This document shows positions 11,240 to 21,827 of a stretch of 35,680 bases of DNA, piece by piece. The position numbers were made by a program, and so were the translations under genes. The stretch is from positions 22,922 through 58,601 of the forward strand of contig NW_025215195.1 in the NCBI RefSeq assembly GCF_004010195.1, written 5' to 3'. A model generated the notes under the pieces. It searched no databases. It saw only the letters and a program-made list of their open reading frames with translations, and was not told the DNA's origin. Within the stretch, counting starts at the first letter, position 1. The number at the start of each line of letters is the position of its first letter. This DNA comes from Chiloscyllium plagiosum. Its lineage: Eukaryota.

Positions 11240-12578
11240 TCAGGGTCTCTGTTCCTTAGATGCCTCTGTCAGAGAGGTTTGTTCGTCCTCCGTCGGTTGT
11301 GGCACTGGTCCCTTGACTCGCGTGTAATGTGTCCAGCCCTTTTCGGCCGTACGGACAGCCGTTTCGGTCGTCAAAAGTACTAGGAAGGGACCGTCCCAAG
11401 TTGGTTCGAGGGTGCGTTGCTTCCAGGTTTTAATCAGGACCCACTGACCCGGCTTGATGGTGTGCACCGCGAACTCGAGGGGCGGCGTCTGTGCCAAAAT
11501 TCCCTGTTGGCGTAAACGAGATAGAGCAGACCCCAGAGCCACCACATATTTTTGCACAAACATGTCCCGAGACTCGAATACAGGGGGTTCCCCCTTCGGC
11601 CCATGGAACGGAAGGCCAAACAGCATTTCGAAAGGGGAGGCGCCCAAATCCCGCCTTGGCTGGGTGCGAATTTGCAATAGGGCAAGGGGTAGGCATTTGG
11701 TCCAAGGCAGGCCGATTTCACTAGTGAGTTTGGTTAGCTGCTTTTTGTTGGTCTGGTTCATTCTTTCGACCTTGCCCGAGGAGGGGGGATGCCAGGGGGT
11801 GTGCAAATCCCAGTCAATCCCCATTGCTTGCACTACATTCTGGAGGACGGTCGAGGTGAAGTGGCTCCCCTGGTCAGAGTCAATAGCGCAGGGCAGCCCA
11901 AATCGTGGGATGATATTTTCGAGTAGAACTTTGCTAACCTGAGTTGCTGTTGCCGTGGCAGTGGGGAAAGCTTCCACCCATCCTGTCAGGTGATCTACTA
12001 CTACTAATAGATACTTCAGGCGACCTATGGGGGGGGGGGAGCTCAGTGTAATCTACCTGGACATACTCAAACGGCCTATAGGCCGGACTCCTACCCCCTT
12101 GTCTTGCATGCTGCCGCAGCCCCCTTTTGTTAATCTTTCGACATGTTATGCAATCTCCTGTGACCTGCTTGGCTACCGTGTACAGACCAGGGTGAGCATA
12201 TCGGCGCAGGAAAGCATCACACAGTGCCTGGGCGCCCCAATGACCCCCTTGGTGTAGACGGGCAATAATGTCCCACGTCAACGGTCGATTTAGTAGCTGG
12301 CGGCCATCGGGGAAGGTCCACTTCCCTTCCCTATCCTTTGTACCCCCCAGAGACACAAGAAGAGTTTCTTCTTTGTCAGTAAACGTGGGCACTTCGGTAA
12401 TTTCCGATATCTGGGGAATCCTTACCAGGTAGTTTATTACTTCCTTCCCCATCCCGGCCAATTTTGCCGGTTCATCTGCCATTTGATTCCCCAGGGTCTC
12501 TATTTTATCGTCTTTCTGGTGCCCTTTCACATGTACTACAGCAATCTCTTGTGGCAGCAACAAATCCTCCAAGATCAT
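11240..12578 (-). pseudogene. pol: ERV pol 3' part: RNase H C-terminus and integrase
   Basis: IAVVHVKGH..GNQMAD, HHCC (HQGGH..CITC), D-D-E triad (QVDY, DSDQG, VERMN) and WDGPF. Frameshift in the G11 run at 12029-12039. Confidence 0.93.
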
Positions 12579-12590
12579 GGCAGATGGAGT

Positions 12591-12824
12591 TTAATTTAGA
12601 ATATCTGGTCGGCATGGACAAGTTGGACCAAATGGTTGGTTTTGTGCTGTACATCTCGATAACACTGATACATTAAAATTAAGATAAGTTTCTCTATGTG
12701 GGGAGTTAGCAGAAGGTCAGATAAATCTCCTTGGAGCTCAGGAGGTTAAGCAGTGATGTCAACCAGGAGCAGATTTCTTTCCAGGATATTTAATTTAGAG
12801 GGAGAAATTATTAACGTCACAAAT
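12591..12824 (+). repeat. Direct repeat, copy 2 (234 bp), right of the ERV block
   Basis: Near-identical to 6015-6249. Confidence 0.95.
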
Positions 12825-13280
12825 TTTAGTAACTACTTTCAAGTAATTGGCAAATAATGCAGGTTAAAAATGTGAACATTATTTTATTCCGTAAGTTCAA
12901 AGCATCTGGATCAGTTTGACCAAAGCTGGATGCAGATTCAGTCATTATTGTCAAAGCAAATTTGCAATTGTGCGAGATATGCGGCTGTCCAGCCCCATCT
13001 CCGGCACTTTTACTTCCCTTCCCAGGAACAAAGACACGGAGGGGTCTGTCCAAAACCTTTCATTCAACTTTGCAAAGTCGGGTGCGAAAANNNNNNNNNN
13101 NNNNNNNNNNNNNNNNNNNNNNNNNNNNNNNNNNNNNNNNNNNNNNNNNNNNNNNNNNNNNNNNNNNNNNNNNNNNNNNNNNNNNNNNNNNNNNNNNNNN
13201 NNNNNNNNNNNNNNNNNNNNNNNNNNNNNNNNNNNNNNNNNAAAACATGGGGGAGGTCCGGCACCGGTTTCGAGTGTCTG

Positions 13281-13320
13281 CTTGTGTTTACTATAAGGCA
13301 CTTGTGTTTACTATAAGGTA
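13281..13320 (+). repeat. 20-bp tandem duplication
   Basis: cttgtgtttactataaggca followed by cttgtgtttactataaggta. Confidence 0.9.
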
Positions 13321-13519
13321 GAAAAAACTAAAATGTAGCTAACCATTTAAAAATTACACTACCCCCTACACAATTTAGCTTCTTTTAAGGAAGGATTTGG
13401 AGGACTACAGGCAAATGGGAGGTGAGTTGGGACAGACTGGCACCATCTCCACAAGGAGAGAGTATAGCCCCAATGGGCTGAATAGCCCCCAGTCCCTCTA
13501 CTCTGTGATACTGCCCCCT

Positions 13520-13690
13520 ATCACCCATACCCCTACATTTACCCCTTACCTAACACTACGGACAATTTAGCATGGCCAATTCACCTGACCTGCACATTTT
13601 TGCACTGTGGGAGGAAACCGGAGCACCCGGAGGAAACCCACGCAGACACGGGGATAATGTGCAAACTCCACACAGTCAGTCGTCTGAGGC
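13520..13690 (-). mobile_element. V-SINE (HE1-like) fragment
   Basis: Reverse-complement V-domain ggaggaaaccggagcacccggaggaaacccacgcagacacgggg..tgcaaactccacacag. Confidence 0.85.
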
Positions 13691-13861
13691 GTACAGCATG
13701 AAAACAACCCCTTTGGTCAAACTAGTCCATGCTGACCAGATATCCTAACCTAACGTCGTCCGTTTTACCAACACTTGGCACACATCCCACTACACCCTTC
13801 CAATACATATACACATCCAGATGACAAATGATCTAATTGTACCAACCTCCACCCCTTCCCC

Positions 13862-14313
13862 TGACAGAAGACAGCTAAGAATCCGCATACATGAGCATCA
13901 ACTAGCCACGAAACGACACGACCAGCTATCCTTAGTAGCCACACACGCAGACAACAAGCAACATGAATTCGACTGGGACAACACTACTATCATAGGGCAA
14001 GCCAGACAGAGAACAGCCACGGAATTCCTAGAGGCATGGCATTCATCCAAAAACTCCATTAACAAACACATCGATCGGGACCCAATATACCAACCACTAC
14101 AGCGGACAGCTGAAACTGACAACCGGAAGCGGCAGGGACAGACCACTATAAACAACGGAGGAAACATCAAAGAAGCGCTTCGCAGGAGGCACCCAAGCAC
14201 TGATGATGTCGCCTAGCCAGGGGACGAAACGTTTGCAACAAAAACTTCCAGCTCGGCGAACAGAACCACAACAACGAGCACCCGAGCTACAAATCTTCGC
14301 ACAAACTTTGAAC
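13862..14313 (+). mobile_element. Penelope-like element, GIY-YIG C-terminus and 3' region
   Basis: RQLRIRIHEH..SLVATH..HEFDWDNTTII..EFLEAWH..INKH, followed by a hammerhead motif. Confidence 0.85.
14197..14236 (+). ncRNA. Minimal type I hammerhead ribozyme (Penelope-associated)
   Basis: GCA-CTGATGA-T-GTC..GAC-GAAAC-GTT-TGC. Stem I is GCA/TGC, stem II is GTC/GAC, and stem III is the palindrome AAACGTTT. Confidence 0.75.
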
Positions 14314-14517
14314 ACTTGACCCTCTGAGCCCTTTTAAATCTTTCCCCGCTCACGTTAAACCTATGCCCTCTAATTCTGGACTCCCCCCACCCCAGGGAAA
14401 AGACCTTGTCTATTTATCCTACCCATGCCCCTCATGATTTTATAAACCTCTATAAGGTCACCCTTCAGCCTCCAATACTCCTGGGAGGAGCGCACTACTC
14501 GTGTCATAATGGGGCCC

Positions 14518-14548
14518 GGGTGATTGACGGCAACTTCAGACCAACAGG
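14518..14548 (+). promoter_or_regulatory. Degenerate TALE decamer plus CCAAT composite motif
   Basis: TGATTGACGG-N10-CCAAC; 25/31 identical to the motif at 20455-20485 (-). Confidence 0.4.
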
Positions 14549-14787
14549 AGAGTTGGTATGATCCTCCATCCAATGGGAGTGAATGAGGGGTGGGTCCAGT
14601 GGGCCAACACGTGACCATGAACTGTGCAGGTGCAGTGTCACTGTGGTGGGGGTGCACTCAGTGAGTGTGAAGGGAGTGAGAGAGCCAGCAGAGACTGGGA
14701 GAGAAGTGGAGTTTGTGTGGACTGGGAGTGCTTATAAACACACTGTTTTAGTCGGCCAGACCTGAATTAGAAATTCCTGATAAATAA

Positions 14788-15250
14788 GAACCAAATGAAC
14801 TGCAGATGATGTAAATCTCACACAGCAACCAAAAGGTACTGGTAAAGCTCAGCAGGTCTGGCAGCATCTGTGAAGAGAAATTAGAGTTAACATTTTGGAT
14901 CCGCTGACGCATCCTCAGAACTGGTGTTACTGAAAAGAAATGTCGGTTTAAATGCAGAAGGTAGGGGTTAAGGAGTAAATGATAGGTGGTGATAGAGTCC
15001 AAAGAAAGAAATGGGAGGGAGCAGTTGGGCAAAGGATTGGATAACGATCTGGCTGGGGGAGGGGGAATACTGGCTAAACATAGGTAGTGTGGAATGGCAG
15101 ACTATGTGATAACCCGTGTGTGGGTTAAGAGGCGAGGGCGCTAGGACATTGGAGAGTTCAGGACCTAATATTATTGAATTTGACACTGGGGCTGGAGAGG
15201 TGCAGGGTCCCCAGGGAGAAGATGAGGTGTTGTTCTTCCAGCTGGCATTA
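14788..15250 (-). mobile_element. Penelope-like element 3' terminal region
   Basis: Terminal motif tctggcagcatctgtg, a decayed hammerhead at 14886-14920, and endonuclease C-terminus-like sequence near 15170-15250. Confidence 0.65.
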
Positions 15251-15257
15251 ACACGTG

Positions 15258-16155
15258 GCGCTGAAAAAGCACAACAGGTCAGGTAGCATCCCAGAAGCAG
15301 GAGAATCGACGTTTTGGGCATATTCCTTTCTTCAGGAATTCCGGGATTGGGGGTGTTGGCGGGAGTAAGAGGGCTGAGAGTTAAATAAGTGGGATGTGTG
15401 GGGATGGTGGGAAGGGAGCTAGGAAGGCAAGAGGTAGATGTAGATGGAGGGTAATGGAGAGAGGGTGGAGTGGATAATTGGAAAGGAAAATGGACAGGTG
15501 GGACAGTTCAAGAGGGTGGTGTCGAGTTGGAGGGTTGGATCTGGGACAAGGCAGGGGAGGGGAGATGAGGAAACCTTGATTCTGTGGTTAAAGGGTCCCA
15601 ATATGGAAGTTGAGGTTTTCTTCCTCCAGGCGTCGGGTGGCTGGGATTTGGTGGTGGAGGCGGCCCAGGACTTGCATGTCCATAGCGGAGTGGGTAGGGA
15701 AGTTGAACTGGTCGGCCACAGGTTGGTGGGGTTGGTTGGTGCATGTGTATCAGCAATGTTCCCTGAAACATTCTGCAAGTTGATATCCTGACTCCCCAGT
15801 GGAGAGGAGACCACGTCGAAAGCAAAGGCTATAATAGGTGAGGTGTTTGGATGTGCAGGAAAATCTCTGCTGGATGTGCAAGGGTCCTTTGGAGGCGAGG
15901 GGGGAGGTGTGGGCACAGGTTTTACACCTCTTGCATTGACAAGTGAAGGTACTGGGAGTGGAGGGCTGGTTTGATGGGAGCATGGATCTGACGAGGAATT
16001 CACAGGGAATGGTCTCTGGAATGCTGAAAGGAATGGAGGTGTGGGAAGTGGTGGAGATGCACTGGAGAGTACTGTTGACCACGAGGAAGGGGAAATTGCA
16101 GTCCTTGAAATACGGGGAGTTTTGGTATGTTCTGGAGTGTTCTGCCAGCTTGCAT
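15258..16155 (-). mobile_element. Penelope-like element, decayed GIY-YIG endonuclease and 3' region
   Basis: ORF 15750..16082 contains CKRCKTC..FSCTSKHLTYYSLC..LLSTGE..FREH; decayed hammerhead at 15303-15339. Confidence 0.8.
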
Positions 16156-16329
16156 TAAGCTTTACTGGAACACTGCAGTAAGCATGAGACAGAGATGTTG
16201 GCCAGGGAACAGACTCATGTGTTACAGTGACAGGCAACTGGAAGCTCAGGGTCTGTTTTGCAACAGAACTTAGATCATCAGTTGCAATTTCCAACACCTC
16301 CACTGAGATTCTGCCAGACACCGGTTCCT

Positions 16330-16705
16330 GTCCCCTCCGTTAATAGCTATGCACCCTCCCAGCCAGATTGTTATCTACTCCTTTGTCTTTCCAAAGGTTA
16401 CTGTCTCTCTTTGGACTCTGTCCCCACCTATTATTTACTCTTTAACCCCTATCTCCTGCAGTTCAAAGATAGGCAGGTTAGGTGAATTGGCCCAGCTAAA
16501 TTTCCCGAAGTGCTCAGGGATGTATAGGTTAGGTGCATTAGTCAGGGGAAATGTAGAATAATAGGGTCGGGGAATGGGTTTGGTTGAGAAACTCTTCAGA
16601 GGGTGGGTGTGACTTGTTGGGCCGAATGGCCTGTTACCACACTGTAGAGATTCTAATATTCCCAACTGCCTCGGTTCTGAAGAAGGGTCACTGGACCCGG
16701 AATGA
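16330..16705 (+). mobile_element. Penelope terminal region, inverted relative to about 14890-15060 and interrupted by a SINE
   Basis: cccagccagattgttatc..tttggactct..ttaacccct mirrors 14951-15056; hammerhead remnant at 16677-16703. Confidence 0.65.
16464..16655 (+). mobile_element. V-SINE (HE1-like) 3' half
   Basis: aaagataggcaggttaggtgaattggcc..aaattt..gggccgaatggcctgttaccacactgta. Confidence 0.8.
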
Positions 16706-16767
16706 CCCTTGGTGTGTGCAGAAGGAGGAAACGGGAAAGGGGAGTCGGATCCAGTTTAGATTGGGAG

Positions 16768-16970
16768 GTACAAAGTTAAAAATCACACAACACCAGGTTA
16801 TAGTCCAACAGGTTTAATTGGAAGCACACGAGCTTCCAGAGCGACGCTCCTTCAGGTGATAGTGGAGGGCTCAATCATAACATAGAATTTATAGCAAAAA
16901 TTTACAGTGTCATTTAACTGAAATTATACATTGAAAAATTGATTGTCTGTTAACCGGCATCTCCAAATCA
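16768..16970. mobile_element. Short non-autonomous Penelope-derived element (family also at 22888 and 23647)
   Basis: Shared caaagttaaaa..aggttatagtccaacaggtttaattggaagc; ends in accggcatctccaaatca, the reverse complement of 23647-23664. Confidence 0.7.
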
Positions 16971-18141
16971 TATACTGGGAGGGTTTAATTACACTTTGTA
17001 CAGGTAGTTAGGCCTGAATTAGAAACTCTTGGTCCCACGTTTATAGGAGAAAGTGAGGTCTGCAGATGCTGGAGATCAAAGTTGAAACTTTATTGCTGGA
17101 ACAGCACAGCTGATTTGAAGAGGAGCATTTACACACCAAACACATACCAAGAGAAGTGTTTGCCTTCACGATTCATTTTGCATTGACTATGAGTTTTGTT
17201 TTGTGAATTCATTTTATAGGATATTAATTGAGAATAATTGAGACAGGGATCTCAAAAGCATTTTTCTATCGTCAGCAGAGTCATCAGGATCTAAATACCA
17301 TTGACATTTAACTGTGGAAAGGAGAAAGGTTTGTCTGTCCTGTCTATGGGAAAGTATCTATTTTTTTCAAGCAAAAAGCAGAAAGATATTCAAATTAGTG
17401 TTTGGATCACCATTGGGATTTGTGCTCTGTTCTGGACCCTGCAGCTAAGGAAGGAGATATTGCCCTGGGAGGAAGCACAGATATATCCAAATTACACCTT
17501 GTCTCTTTGTAGGAACGGTCAGATTTGGTCCTAGTTACCCACTTCATGATGTTACCCTGTAAACTCCTTATTTTCAATTCACTGGAAACTTCTCATTAAA
17601 ATTCCTTATGGACTCAATTTCTAGCACCATTTCAGGTGGAATGTTCCAGATTCTGACAACTGCCTGTTCATTCAGAATCTGCTGAAGTCTATGTTGACTC
17701 TGGGGTTACAAAGGGCTGAATTGAAAGATGAGCTGCAGTTCCTGAGCTCCCATTGAGATACACTGGAACACTGCAGGAGGCTGAGGGCAGTGTCGGTGTG
17801 AACAGACAATAAAAATGATAGGGCTGCACTGTGAGGGCTGCTTGGATCAATGAGAGTGTTTCAGAGTTGCGTGTAAACAGACGGAGGGGAGACAGGGAGA
17901 AGGTGAAGCTCAGCTTCAGTTTTAGTTCAGGCCATTCAGAAATTCACATGATCTCAATGGGAATAGCAAGTTTGTAAGTGAAACCTGCTGAGTTTTTTTA
18001 ACGGTTTTTAGAAGTATAAAATGTCAGCTTAAGTAAAGATCGGAGCTTTACATTATAATGGAAATGTTTGAAGTGAAGAAAGGTTTCTAGCTCATTTAAA
18101 TTCTCTTAATGAGAGTAACTAGCTGAAACTAGAGAGACATT

Positions 18142-18672
18142 GTGACAGGCGCCCTCAGACCTGTGGTGTGCTCCTCTTGTCCAATGTGGGAAATAGGGGA
18201 CGCTTCCAGTCTCCCTGACGGCTATGTGTGCAGGAACTGTGTCCATCTGCAACTACTGGGGAACTGTTTTTCAGACCTGGAGTTGAGAGTGGACTCACTG
18301 TGGAGCAACACTGAGAATGTTATGGACAGCACTTTTAGTGAGTTAGTCACACTGCAGGTGAGGGTTACACAGGCAGAAAGGGAATGGGTGACCGTCAGAT
18401 CAAGTAAAAGGCTCAGGAAGGAAGTGCAGGACTCTCCACTGATCGCACCGCTTCTCAAACAGATATTGTGCACCGCTTGGGATTCTATAACGGGGGGAAC
18501 AGGTGGGGTGGACTTTCAGGGGAAATCAGCAACAGCCAGGTTCATGACACCACAGATAGCTCCGCTGCACAGAACTGGAGGAAGGAGAATGACAGAGCTG
18601 TCGTGACAGGGGATCCAGTAGTCAGGGATAGAGACAGGCGCGTCTGTGGCCACAGAAATGAATCCAGGACAG
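18142..18672 (+). mobile_element. CR1 LINE ORF1 (Cys-rich zinc finger, leucine zipper, start of esterase), truncated
   Basis: CSSC..YVCRNC..LELRVDSL, then RAVVTGDPVVR (degenerate GDS). Confidence 0.8.
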
Positions 18673-18689
18673 TGGAATTGAATCCAGGT

Positions 18690-19890
18690 CCATTTATTGA
18701 TAAGTGCACAGACCAATAAAGGTCAGCGTCCCAAATACAACCTTCAGCACTTGACCACCCTGAAGCTCTACTTTCCAGAGACTGTGCACTTGTTCCAAGC
18801 CCTTCAGAGGGATTGAAGGGTATGGGGAGAAAACAGGAACAGCGTTGTGTTGTAGATCTACAAAATAACGGTCACCCTCCCCTCTCGGTCTCTCCCCTCT
18901 GTCTCTCACCCCCCATCGTGCCTCCTCCCCACCACAGGGAAAAGACCTTGTGTATTTACCCTATCCATGCCCCTACTGATTTTATAAACCTCTATAAGGT
19001 CACCCATCAGCCTCTGACGCTCCAGGGAAAACAGTGTATTTATCCTCTCTCTGTAGCTCAAATCCTCCAACCCTGGCAACATGCTTGTAATACTATTCTG
19101 ACCCCTTTCAAGTTTCGCAATATTGTTTTGATAGGAAGGAGACCAGAATTGCACGCAATATTCCAAGCGTGACCTAACCAATGTTCTGTAGAGCCGCAAT
19201 ATGACCTCCCAACTCTATACTCAGTGCTGTGACCAATAAAGGAAAGCGTACTAAACACCTTCTTTACTATCCTATCTACCTGCGATTCTGTTTTCAAGGA
19301 GATATGATCTGCACTCCAAGGTCTCTTTGTTCCGCAGCACTCCCGAAGACCTTACCATTAAGCGTATACATCCTGCTAATATTTGATTTCCCAAAATGCA
19401 GCACCTCACATTTATCTAAATTAAACTCCATCTGCCAGTCCTCAGCACATTCAACCATCTGATCAAGATCCTGTTGTAATCTGAGGTAATCCTCTTCACT
19501 GTACAATACACCTCCAATTTTGGTGTCATCTTCCTCACATTACTTCCTATATTCACATCTAAATCATTGATATAAATTTTGAAAATTAGTGGATCCAGCG
19601 CCGATCCTTTGTGACACTCCACTGGTCACAGGACTCCAATCTGAAAAGCAACCTTCCACCACCACCCTCTGTCTTCTACCTTTTAGCCAGTTATGTATCC
19701 AAATGGCTAGTTCTCTCTGTATTCCATGAGATCAACCTTGATAACCAGTCTCCCATGGGGACCCTTGTTGAATGCCTTACTGAAGTCCATGTAGATCATT
19801 TCCACTGCTTTGCCCTCATGAATCCTCTTTGTTACTTCAAAAAAATTGACTCAAGTTCATGAGACGAGATTTCTCACACACAAAGCCATT
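18690..19890 (-). mobile_element. CR1 LINE ORF2 RT 3' half, decayed
   Basis: GSALDPLIFKIYINDLD, WQMEFNLDKCEVLHFG and LYRTLVRSRLEYCVQFWSP motifs. Confidence 0.9.
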
Positions 19891-20454
19891 ATTAATATCC
19901 AGGACTTAACTCTTTACATTGGGGTCTGCGACACCCAGTTATGGGTGTTAATATTCTGGATAAAGTTCAAGTACATCAGGTTTGTGTTAGTGACTGTGTT
20001 TTGAGTCTTGTTAATATCACCAACACAGGTAAGTTCCATTTGAAAGGCAGTCCCTATATCCCGAACCCCGCTCCCATCTGCTCTGTCTCTATCCCCACCA
20101 TAGACAGTAAGTGGGAGGAGCTCATGGAGTTTCCATGTGAGAGAGATTGAGAAAATCTTCCCTTCTTTCCACTAGCCCACCAGGAAATTGTGGTAGAGTT
20201 GAGTAACAGCATCTTTGAAAAGGCTGATTGGAAAACGTGCCCAAGCCGCCAGGCCACACTGTCTCCCAGCTGTCCCTGCCTGAGCCTCCAAACAGAACCT
20301 TCCTGTAGTTTCTCTCTGTCAGACTCTCCCATTGCTCACTTTGTTCAGGATCATCTCCTGCTGCTGCATTGATCCTGTCCCTCACTGACCTGTCCATCCC
20401 CCAGTGTCCTCCACATTCATTCCTTGTTTACAATCTCCAGCCTGCCCCCTCCAC

Positions 20455-20485
20455 CCTATTGGGCAGCAGCTGCTGTCAATCACCC
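20455..20485 (-). promoter_or_regulatory. PBX-PREP/MEIS decamer plus CCAAT (NF-Y) composite motif
   Basis: Minus strand reads TGATTGACAG-cagctgctgc-CCAAT, a perfect decamer followed by a CCAAT box. Confidence 0.5.
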
Positions 20486-21002
20486 AGCTTCGTGTGTGAT
20501 CTGGAGCATGTGCTGTAGGAGGGGAGACCAGTGCATGGGCGCAGTGCTGGCCAATTGTTGGTGTATGTGAAGGGTGGGTCAGTGCCAGGGACGCTGTGTG
20601 TGTGTGGGGTTAATCTGTCATTGGCAGCTTCCTCCCTCTGGGAACAGGAACCAGGAAAATGGCCCCTGCCATGATATCGTGGCAAGTGGTCGGCTATCAG
20701 TGGGGGTAGCATTTCGTTGAAAGTTATCAGAACCCGTGTGAAGATTCAGGAATGTTATGGAAAGGAACACAGATGGGCCTGCAATTAAAGTTCTAATTTG
20801 GTTCATCTTAGTTCAATCAGATATGGTTTGGCCAGTGTGTGCAGGATGGTTCTTATCAGAGGGTCCGTGTGGGGGAAATAAATAAAATGTTCCAGATTTG
20901 GGAAAAAAATCAGATTGGTTCTGACCAGAAAGGAAACCTGGGAAGTGGGGGAAGGATTCACCAACATCCAGGAGGCTCCGAGTCAGACTCATTGATTTTA
21001 AT

Positions 21003-21172
21003 AGATTAGATTTCCTACAATGTGGAAACAGGCCCTTCCGCCCGGCCAGTCCATACCGACCGTCGGAAGTCTAACCCACCCAGACCCATTTCCCTCTGAC
21101 TAATGCACCTATGGGCAATTTAGCATGGCCAATTCACCTGACCTACGCATATTTGGATTGTGGGAGGAAACC
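21003..21172 (-). mobile_element. V-SINE (HE1-like) 3' part
   Basis: tgtggaaacaggcccttc..caatttagcatggccaattcacctgacct..tgtgggaggaaac. Confidence 0.8.
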
Positions 21173-21827
21173 TTTTTTTGGTTCTTAGTCTGCAGGCAGG
21201 AGCGAGGAAGCTGATTTCAAAGAGAAGAGAGAGTCTGGGAGAACTGGGTGTGGAGGGAAAATGGTGAGGAGATTGGTTTGGATTTCAGTTCACAGAAGAG
21301 AGCAATTGTGAGACTGAGATTTAAAGCTTTGGGGGAACAAAGAAACTACAATTTAATACTAAATTGAACTTCCTGTTCGGTTTTGATGGTTACTTGATCC
21401 GTGCCGGTCTGAATATCATTGGCCTTTTCATGTGGAAGGAAAGGTGTGTATTCTGTCCGTGGGCGAATATTTCAAATGTCACTGTGTCTGAAAAAAGTCC
21501 TGAGACACAGCCAAGTCCATATTAGCGTGGTGACTGTGGACAGAGAGTTCATTTGTTGTTAAAAGTCTGAAAACACATGGCACATTTCCCAGGAATAATT
21601 AAGCTACAGATTTGTTTTGTATGAGGACAAGGTTTTAATTAATCATGCAACCCGAAAGAGACTAGGATACCTGCACCATGGAACAAACGATGAAAACGGG
21701 ATTGTGGTAAAGGAGTTAATTATTGATCATGGCTTGTTATCCATTGGCGTTGTCACGTCAGTTCCAATGCCGTGGGGAAACACTGGAAATGTGATGAATG
21801 TAATGTAGGTTTCAGTTATTAAACTGT

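Larger units (their letters stand above)
6250..12578 (-). mobile_element. Class I endogenous retrovirus internal region (gamma/epsilon-like, HERV-I-like), LTR-less and permuted
   Basis: gag, pro, RT, RNase H, IN and env motifs are all present. gag and pol share a frame and are separated by TAG. No LTR, PBS or PPT is visible. Confidence 0.95.
13692..14485 (-). mobile_element. CR1 3' fragment split by a Penelope insertion
   Basis: RLKGDLIEVYKIMRGMGR in ORF 14370..14657; 3'UTR-like sequence at 13692-13860. Confidence 0.7.

Noticed and set aside
15419..16321. 300-aa ORF as a host gene
   Set aside because: It is a Pro/Ser-rich off-frame reading of a decayed Penelope element.
18142..18606. Host PHD or zinc-finger gene
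   Set aside because: The layout matches CR1 ORF1 and runs into an esterase remnant.
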